Shown in pieces: positions 24,984 to 30,199 of a DNA stretch of 30,199 nt. Location: NCBI GenBank assembly GCA_949740445.1, contig CATJIF010000081.1:1-30199 (forward strand). Direction: 5' to 3'. This stretch comes from an uncultured Peptostreptococcaceae bacterium. Its GTDB lineage: Bacteria; Bacillota; Clostridia; Peptostreptococcales; Anaerovoracaceae. Made by a program: the position numbers and the translations under genes. Position 1 is the first letter of the stretch, and each line of letters begins with the position of its first letter. The notes below the pieces were generated by a model. It had not been told where the DNA came from, made no database searches, and worked only from the letters and a program-made list of their open reading frames with translations.

Positions 24984-25844
24984 CTACTGCCTGCTGTAAA
25001 TCGGCGCAATTCGATCCGCCGCCTTTTGGGCAAAGCTTTCGCTCAGCGGCTGCATGTCCAGGCTCACATCTGTCAGATGCGGTCCTGCTGCTGCCGCAAT
25101 GGCCTCCAGCGCCCGTTGAACATCGCCTGCGATGTCAGCCACCAGCAGATATTTCTGCTGGCCATTGGCTTCCATCAGACACAGCCATATCCGCCGCACC
25201 GTCGTTTCTGCCTGCGCACAGCGGCAGATCGCCTGCACCAGCGGTTTCGGATATTCCGGAAGCTCGCTGATTGCGGCCGCAGCGCTGTGTTCCTGCCCGG
25301 CAGCCTGTCCGCTGTACTTTGCCTCTTTTCTTTCCTTTAACAACTCTACCATACGCCGGTCTAGAAGCAGGTTGTGGCTGAAAGGATCGACGACAAGACC
25401 TGCACTGCCCTCCATGCCGAGCACCATGGATATGTACTGATCGAAGCTGAATACCATCGTCTGTAAGTTTCGCTCCGATGCTTCCGTCCACTGCTCCAGC
25501 TCATCCCAGCCGATAAAAGCTGGATAGAACCGCCGTCCGTCTGCTGTTTCCAGCGTAGGAATCTTCATCGTTGTGCCCTCTGCCAGCGCCAGCTGCCCAT
25601 CCTCTGTCCGCTTGGGCAGCTGCGACAGCTCGACGACCGATAAAAACCCGTCGCTGGTTATTATTTCCTCGTACAGCTGGTCCATGATATCGTCGTAGTA
25701 TTTCTGCTGCTGGGCTTCGCGCTCTCTGCGCTCCTCGTCGGACAGCTGCTCCAGCCGTGCCAGCGCCTGCATCGCGGCCTCTCTTTGCATAAACAGCTTT
25801 CTCAGCCTGGTATTTTCCAACGGTTGGTTGATATCTTTTGCCAT
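24984..25844 (-). CDS. SseB-family protein (enhanced serine sensitivity protein SseB-like), function unknown.
   Basis: The 286-aa product begins MAKDINQPLENTRL.... Its acidic coiled N-terminus is followed by ...RFYPAFIGWDELEQW... and a C-terminal SseB-like region. An AAAGGAGAG RBS lies 5 nt upstream. It sits 40 nt upstream of the Rrf2 gene, so the two are probably co-transcribed. Confidence 0.55.
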   Translation of the reverse strand: MAKDINQPLENTRLRKLFMQREAAMQALARLEQLSDEERREREAQQQKYYDDIMDQLYEEIITSDGFLSVVELSQLPKRTEDGQLALAEGTTMKIPTLETADGRRFYPAFIGWDELEQWTEASERNLQTMVFSFDQYISMVLGMEGSAGLVVDPFSHNLLLDRRMVELLKERKEAKYSGQAAGQEHSAAAAISELPEYPKPLVQAICRCAQAETTVRRIWLCLMEANGQQKYLLVADIAGDVQRALEAIAAAAGPHLTDVSLDMQPLSESFAQKAADRIAPIYSRQ

Positions 25845-25918
25845 CTGCGCTCTCCTTTGTGCTCTCTTGCCACGGATGTTACGGCGGCTGTTCAGTCTGC
25901 CACACGATTTTCACTCAC

Positions 25919-25947
25919 TGTTTCTCATAGTATACCCGAAACCTGCC
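25919..25947 (-). promoter_or_regulatory. Putative sigmaA promoter (TTGATT-17-TATACT) for the SseB-like/Rrf2 operon.
   Basis: The minus strand reads gtgtTTGATTttctggcaggtttcgggTATACTatgag, immediately downstream of the PiT stop. Confidence 0.45.
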
Positions 25948-25953
25948 AGAAAA

Positions 25954-27033
25954 TCAAACACATCTAAGAAGCACCTCCGCCAGAACATAGCCCAGAAGCC
26001 CGCAGGCGGGAAAGGTCAAAAGCCAGGTGAGAACCATGTCTCCTGCTACGGAAAGCCGCAGCACGCGGCGCGGACCGCAGACAGCCGCCCCCGAAATGGC
26101 CGCGGTTTTTACGTGGGTCGTGCTGACGGGAAATCCTAAGACAGATGCAAACAGCAGACAGGCAGCGGCCGCACCGTCCGCTGCACAGCCCTGGTAGGGT
26201 TTCAACCGCGCCATGTCCATGCCCACTGCCTTGATGATGCGCCCACCGCCCACAGCGGTTCCCAGTGCCATTACTAAGGCACACAGCATTATGATCCGCA
26301 AGGGAATCGTCCCGAGGACGGCATTCGCTTGCGCTGCGTCGAGCTCTGCGGCCTGCACTCCGTGCAGCCAGTCGACCGGATGCCCGTTCAACTGGCTGCC
26401 CATCCGGCTGCCTAACAGCAGAACGCCCAAAAATTTCTGTCCGTCCTGCGCTCCGTGCATAAACGCCATGCCCGCCGCCGAAGCGATCTGTGCACGCCGG
26501 AAAAGCCTCCGACTGCGCCGTCTATCCGCCTGTGCAAAGAGGCGCGCCAGCACGCTGCACGCCAGCACACCTGCTCCAAAGCCTAACAGCACAGAAAAAA
26601 ACAGCCCGCCGATTACTGTTGCCCAGCAGTCCCAGACGACGCCTTCCATGCCGCGCAGGGCGATGGCTGCCCCGGCAAGCCCGGCTACAAGGCCATGGCT
26701 TTCGCTGGTGGGAATGCCGAAATACCACGCACCGCAGGACCAGATAACGATGGCTGCCAGTGCCGCGCCAAGCGCTGCGGCGGCGCGGTGAGCATCGCCG
26801 CCCAGATCTATCATCCCTTCGATCGAAAAAGCTACCGCAGAACTCCAAGTACACATGACCACTACACCCAGACAGTTGCATAGCGCTGCCATCAGCACAG
26901 CTGTTTTCAGCGGCAGCGCCCGGGTTCCCACGCAGGTGGCGATAGCATTGGGTGCATCGGTCCAACCGTTGACGAAAATCACGGAAAAGGTCAATACAAA
27001 TACGGCATTTTCCATAAAAACAGGGCTATTCAT
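25954..27033 (-). CDS. Inorganic phosphate transporter, PiT (PHO4) family.
   Basis: The 359-aa product begins MNSPVFMENAVFVLTFSVIFVNGWTDAPNAIATCVGTRAL... and ends ...VSTTHVKTAAISGAAV. It shows the duplicated GxNDxxNxIAT / PVSTTH signature of PiT transporters. A GAGAGGTG RBS lies 8 nt upstream. Confidence 0.85.
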   Translation of the reverse strand: MNSPVFMENAVFVLTFSVIFVNGWTDAPNAIATCVGTRALPLKTAVLMAALCNCLGVVVMCTWSSAVAFSIEGMIDLGGDAHRAAAALGAALAAIVIWSCGAWYFGIPTSESHGLVAGLAGAAIALRGMEGVVWDCWATVIGGLFFSVLLGFGAGVLACSVLARLFAQADRRRSRRLFRRAQIASAAGMAFMHGAQDGQKFLGVLLLGSRMGSQLNGHPVDWLHGVQAAELDAAQANAVLGTIPLRIIMLCALVMALGTAVGGGRIIKAVGMDMARLKPYQGCAADGAAAACLLFASVLGFPVSTTHVKTAAISGAAVCGPRRVLRLSVAGDMVLTWLLTFPACGLLGYVLAEVLLRCV

Positions 27034-27173
27034 CGGCTTTGCACCTCTCTTTCTCCGGTACAATATATTGCCGCAAACAGCCCTCCATGTCTTATTTTCT
27101 CCGCTGCCGGTAAAACCTCCGCCGTTCGGTGTTCCGATGCACCCCGGCTGCTTTTCCGCTTTCTGCCCTGCCC

Positions 27174-28379
27174 CTACTCGCCGCCGGCCTTAAAATTGTA
27201 GATGGGTTTGATGATATCCGTCACTTCCGCCGTGGGCCCGATATTTTCCAGAATGTGCTCCATGCCTTTATAGGCCATGGGGCATTCATCTATAGTATCC
27301 CGGCTGACCGACGTGGTGTAGATGCCTTCCATGGACGCCCGGAACTGGGGCAGGGTAAAGCTGTTCTTCGCCTTCTGCCGGCTCATCAGGCGGCCCGCAC
27401 CGTGCGGCGCGGAGCAGTTCCAGTCCTCATTTCCCTTTCCCACGCAGATCAGGCTTCCATCCCGCATATTGATGGGAATCAACAGTTTTTCTCCGGCTTG
27501 TGCCGACACAGCTCCTTTCCGCAGAATCATGGCTTCCGTGTCGATGTAATTGTGGATGGTGGTAAATTCCTCCTCCACCGATACCTTCATGCCCCGGATG
27601 ATTTCGTCCATCATGGCCTTGCGGGACAGCCGGGCAAATTCCTGTACGATCTTCATGTCGTGGATGTAATCGTCGAACAGCTGCCCGCTGACATAGGCCA
27701 GCGCGTAGGGAATTTGCGTCAGCACCTGCGCTTTCAGCTCCTGCAGCGCCTTCTGGATCTCCTTTTCGCGTCCCTGGGCTTTGTATTCGGCAATCAGCCG
27801 CTCAATTGCTTGCGGGTCTTTTCGGTTGAGCGCATCGTAGCCGGCCTTCTGATAGAAATTTGCCACTTCAAGCCCCAGGTGCCGGCTGCCCGAATGCACG
27901 ACGAGATACAGCGCTCCATCCTCCGCCCGGTCTGCCTCGATAAAGTGATTGCCGCCGCCCAGGGTTCCTACACTGCGTTCCGCCCGCTCCAGGTTCACGC
28001 TTGCGGCGCACCGCAGCTGGCGCAGGTCAATTTCCTGCGCATAGCGATGCGGTTCTTTCCGGATATCGAAACCCGCGGGGATATTCTGGTGGATCAAGCG
28101 GTCCAGCTTCTGCAGCTCCATGCGCGTTTCTTTAATGCGCACCGTTTCCATGCCGCACCCGATGTCCACGCCCACCAGATTGGGCACGATGGTATCGCGG
28201 ATGGTCATGGTGGTTCCGATGGTGCACCCGGCGCCAGCGTGCACGTCGGGCATGACGCGGATTTTGCTGCCCGCGGTATATTCCATATCGCACAGCGCGC
28301 GGATCTGCTGTGCAGCGCTTTCCTCCACTTCGCTGCAAAAGACCTTCGCCGTACTGACTTTTCCTGTAATTTCAATCAT
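27174..28379 (-). CDS. rtcB: RtcB-family RNA-splicing ligase (3'-phosphate / 5'-hydroxyl RNA ligase).
   Basis: The 401-aa product begins MIEITGKV...MPDVHAGAGCTIGTT...GGGNHFIE...HSGSRHLG...HNYI...CSAPHGAGR, the canonical metal-binding and nucleotidyl-His motifs of RtcB. Confidence 0.9.
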   Translation of the reverse strand: MIEITGKVSTAKVFCSEVEESAAQQIRALCDMEYTAGSKIRVMPDVHAGAGCTIGTTMTIRDTIVPNLVGVDIGCGMETVRIKETRMELQKLDRLIHQNIPAGFDIRKEPHRYAQEIDLRQLRCAASVNLERAERSVGTLGGGNHFIEADRAEDGALYLVVHSGSRHLGLEVANFYQKAGYDALNRKDPQAIERLIAEYKAQGREKEIQKALQELKAQVLTQIPYALAYVSGQLFDDYIHDMKIVQEFARLSRKAMMDEIIRGMKVSVEEEFTTIHNYIDTEAMILRKGAVSAQAGEKLLIPINMRDGSLICVGKGNEDWNCSAPHGAGRLMSRQKAKNSFTLPQFRASMEGIYTTSVSRDTIDECPMAYKGMEHILENIGPTAEVTDIIKPIYNFKAGGE

Positions 28380-28456
28380 ATCCTATATCTTTCCTTTCTC
28401 ACCTCTCTCACCTCTGCACTGCCGCTGCGCCCTTGCCATCGTTTTCGGCCGGGGTA

Positions 28457-28478
28457 CATTGTACGCTTTTATACAATG
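28457..28478. promoter_or_regulatory. Perfect 7-bp inverted repeat CATTGTA-N8-TACAATG upstream of rtcB, a candidate operator.
   Basis: It lies in the 119-nt SPFH-rtcB intergenic region. A GC hairpin (ggggcgc-attac-gcgcccc at about 28491-28509) overlaps the SPFH stop, but no U-tract follows it. Confidence 0.35.
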
Positions 28479-28498
28479 CTCCGAGGTGACGGGGCGCA

Positions 28499-29599
28499 TT
28501 ACGCGCCCCGCAGTATGCCAGTCAGCTGGGACAGCAGGTCGCTTCCGCCGCTGACCGTGATATTTCCTACATTATCGCAGATTTTCTCCAGATATTCCAG
28601 CTCTTTCAGCTTATACAGCGTCTTGTTTTCCTCCATCAGCCGCGCCGTGTTCAACAGGCTCCGGGTGGAAGCCACCTCTTCCCGGCGCGTAATCACGTTG
28701 GCCTGGGCCCGCTTTTCCGCCAGCAGCACGGTGTTCATAATCTCCCGCACCTCTCCCGGCAGAATGATATCCTTTACGCCAGCATCGAAGAAGGTAACAT
28801 AGTAGTCGGCCTCCCGCTTCTTCAGGGCGTCGAACACGTAGCGGGATAACTGCTCCTTGTTTTCCAGCAGCTCATCCAGCTTGTATTTGCCTACGTATTC
28901 CCGCAGGGCCAGCTGCATCAGGATGTGGATCTGCTCGTTTAAGTCCTGCACCTGGGTGCAGGCGTTCACCACATCGGCAATCCGATAGTGCGCGACGAAA
29001 TTGATGCGCAGGCCCACCTTATCCAGCGTCATAATCTCCTGCCCGGTGATGTCCATCTGCAGCAGGCGCATGTCGGCGAATACCGCTTCGACCTTTGTGC
29101 CGTTGTTCCAGAAGTAGTATGTACCCTCGCTCAGCACGCGGACCAGCTTCTGGTTCATGTACAGCAATGCCTGCTGGTAGGGCGCCACTTCAATCTTCTT
29201 GTACAGCGCCCGAGGCAGGTACTCGAACACGTAGCGCGGAATTTCTTCGCCGATTTCCGTCTCTTTCATGGATACTACGCGAAAGTCGTGCTTTTCTGTT
29301 ACTGCCCAGAAATCGTAGCTTCCCGCCACCAGGCAGTTGTCGTAGCGACCGTCGATGTAGTGCAGCGCCACGGTTTCGTCCTCTACCTCTGCGTGAACCA
29401 CTTCCTGGCGGAAGCGGTCGTCTGCCTCGAAAATCTTCGCGTCGAAATTTTCCATGACAAAGCGTCCTGCCGTGCGCAAGGTAGCGCAGCTGTAGCCGCT
29501 GCCGAAAAAGCGATGCTTTCCCGGCGTCAGTATTTTTACAAAGGCTCCGTCCTTAAACAGAAAGCCTCTCTGATTTTCCTGAATAATGTATGTATTCAT
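28499..29599 (-). CDS. SPFH/band-7 (stomatin/prohibitin/flotillin-like) domain protein with no obvious N-terminal TM anchor.
   Basis: The 366-aa product begins MNTYIIQENQRGFLFKDGAFVKILTPGKHRFF... and has an SPFH core (...VGLRINFVAHYRIADVV...EKRAQANVITRREEVASTRSLLNTARLME...). An AGGAG RBS lies 8 nt upstream. Confidence 0.8.
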   Translation of the reverse strand: MNTYIIQENQRGFLFKDGAFVKILTPGKHRFFGSGYSCATLRTAGRFVMENFDAKIFEADDRFRQEVVHAEVEDETVALHYIDGRYDNCLVAGSYDFWAVTEKHDFRVVSMKETEIGEEIPRYVFEYLPRALYKKIEVAPYQQALLYMNQKLVRVLSEGTYYFWNNGTKVEAVFADMRLLQMDITGQEIMTLDKVGLRINFVAHYRIADVVNACTQVQDLNEQIHILMQLALREYVGKYKLDELLENKEQLSRYVFDALKKREADYYVTFFDAGVKDIILPGEVREIMNTVLLAEKRAQANVITRREEVASTRSLLNTARLMEENKTLYKLKELEYLEKICDNVGNITVSGGSDLLSQLTGILRGA

Positions 29600-29925
29600 A
29601 CCTTCTTCTCCTTTCTTTTGCAGTCCATCCCCAGGAAGGGGCGGCGCCGGACTTGAGTACTGCGCTCAAAACAGCGGAGGCATTGCGGTATCGGTGCATC
29701 TGCCCGCCCCCTTGGAGCGCCCGGGAAAGGCTTTTCCCCGGCGCCCTTTGGCAGGCAGCTTTTAGCAACCGCTCTCGCCTTGGCCCTGACTGTCTTTCCG
29801 CAGCCCGGTATCTGTCCCGCGGCATGGCGTCCTTCCTGTTGCTGCTGTGTTCTGCTTCCTTTGAAGCAAACCCATCGGCCAGATGTGCTGCGCACTCTTT
29901 TTTTGCTTTGGCTAAGCAAGTTCTA

Positions 29926-29948
29926 CCAAAAGACTGATCCCTTATCAG
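29926..29948 (-). terminator. Intrinsic-terminator-like hairpin plus U-tract immediately 3' of the tRNA-like module.
   Basis: The minus strand reads CUGAU-AAGGG-AUCAG followed by UCUUUUGG. Confidence 0.45.
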
Positions 29949-29949
29949 C

Positions 29950-30060
29950 GCGGGATTCGAACCCGCATTTTCTATTGTGGGATTTGCGCCCACACGGGTA
30001 TCGACCTGAAGCCAACCCCGTCGCTATGGTGGCAAGACTGCGGTTTTGGCACGCTTTGCG
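29950..30060 (-). ncRNA. Candidate small structured RNA with a tRNA-like domain (a canonical T-arm plus an anticodon-arm-like hairpin) but no acceptor stem. It could be a Y-RNA-like tRNA mimic or a tRNA gene relic.
   Basis: The minus strand reads ...GUGGG-CGCAAAU-CCCAC-aauagaaaau-GCGGG-UUCGAAU-CCCGC followed directly by the terminator hairpin. The T-loop matches the TTCGAAT consensus exactly. No complementary 5' strand exists for a 7-bp acceptor stem, and there is no CCA. The segment lies in a 600-nt ORF-free, GC-rich region upstream of the SPFH-rtcB genes. The 5' boundary is undefined. Confidence 0.3.
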
Positions 30061-30199
30061 GCATGGCCTCAAGCGCCGCAGACCATTTCATCGTCTCGCT
30101 GAACCGCCTTGCAAGTGTAGAATACTACAACGGCAGCGGAAGATCGTGGAAAAAAAGCTGCGAACTTAAAAAGCAATAAAAAAAGCTTACCGCCGCAAC

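Noticed and set aside
28491-28509. GC hairpin (ggggcgc-attac-gcgcccc) overlapping the SPFH stop, considered as a terminator between the SPFH gene and rtcB.
   Set aside because: It is not followed by a U-tract on the transcribed strand. I therefore treat it as a possible structure or partial attenuator only, and the SPFH gene and rtcB are likely co-transcribed.
27129-28802. 557-aa plus-strand ORF antisense to rtcB and the SPFH gene. Other long antisense or overlapping frames fall in the same class: 3960..5006, 5022..5894, 7691..8947, 6970..7683, 20572..21441, 23165..23707, 28988..29656, 547..1251, 1980..2828, 2963..3697, 26213..26791, 13967..15115.
   Set aside because: All lie opposite or out of frame within strongly supported genes. 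Their translations are low-complexity (Arg/Ala/Pro-rich) with no recognisable domains and no RBSs. This is expected in GC-rich sequence with few stop codons.
29950-30030. Functional tRNA gene on the minus strand.
   Set aside because: No sequence upstream can pair with the nucleotides following the T-arm to make a 7-bp acceptor stem. The anticodon-like loop has G rather than U at position 33. The linker to the T-arm is 10 nt with no variable-arm pairing.
29930-30199. tmRNA (ssrA) hypothesis for the T-arm-containing region.
   Set aside because: There is no 3' acceptor strand or CCA after the T-arm; a terminator hairpin follows instead. There is no GGGG...GGAUUCGAC 5' module on the same strand. 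There is no tag-peptide reading frame ending in ...ALAA-stop on either strand.
1-30199. CRISPR arrays, insertion sequences, integrase or transposase genes, and toxin-antitoxin pairs.
   Set aside because: There are no regularly spaced direct repeats. No ORF shows DDE or tyrosine/serine-recombinase motifs. There are no small paired ORFs. The only mobile-element-like signals are compositional (the low-GC block) and the att-like repeat near tRNA-Ala.

Overview
This is a roughly 30 kb high-GC chromosomal segment with Firmicutes/Clostridia-like gene content: DegV, YkvI, BlaI/BlaR1, GGAGG-type RBSs and consensus sigmaA promoters. I call 23 genes, 22 on the minus strand and one (an M20 peptidase) on the plus strand.

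Gene content, from the low-coordinate end:
- A partial Na/Pi cotransporter gene with a PhoU-like C-terminal domain.
- A YkvI-family membrane protein.
- A kdgK-eda pair (KDG kinase and KDPG aldolase).
- A BlaI/BlaR1-type repressor plus M56 sensor-protease pair. The two genes overlap by 4 nt and have a consensus autoregulated promoter. They sit next to a LysO-family exporter and a MATE efflux pump.
- A secreted GHL10-type glycoside-hydrolase-like protein.
- A cytoplasmic PAS hybrid histidine kinase.
- cysK.
- An M20 peptidase.
- A lower-GC block at about 16.6-24.3 kb. It carries a three-gene phosphorelay operon (stand-alone REC, then a hybrid HK-REC-HPt, then a hybrid HK-REC-DegV fusion) and a DUF4143 AAA+ ATPase. 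The block abuts a tRNA-Ala(CGC) gene.
- An SseB-like protein, an Rrf2 regulator, a PiT phosphate transporter and RtcB RNA ligase, in that order from the tRNA side.
- An SPFH/band-7 protein.
- A GC-rich, ORF-free region at the window end that contains a tRNA-like T-arm module followed by a terminator.

I saw no CRISPR array, integrase or transposase.

The most interesting items are:
- The sensor kinase fused to a fatty-acid-binding DegV domain.
- The tRNA-like RNA element upstream of SPFH-rtcB, a candidate Y-RNA-like tRNA mimic or a tRNA relic.
- The tRNA-flanked low-GC island, with an att-like imperfect direct repeat.
- The BlaR1-like sensor with a non-PBP extracellular domain.

CDS ends come from the ORF track, with internal starts found by residue counting. 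Non-coding coordinates were read by eye and may be off by 1-2 nt.
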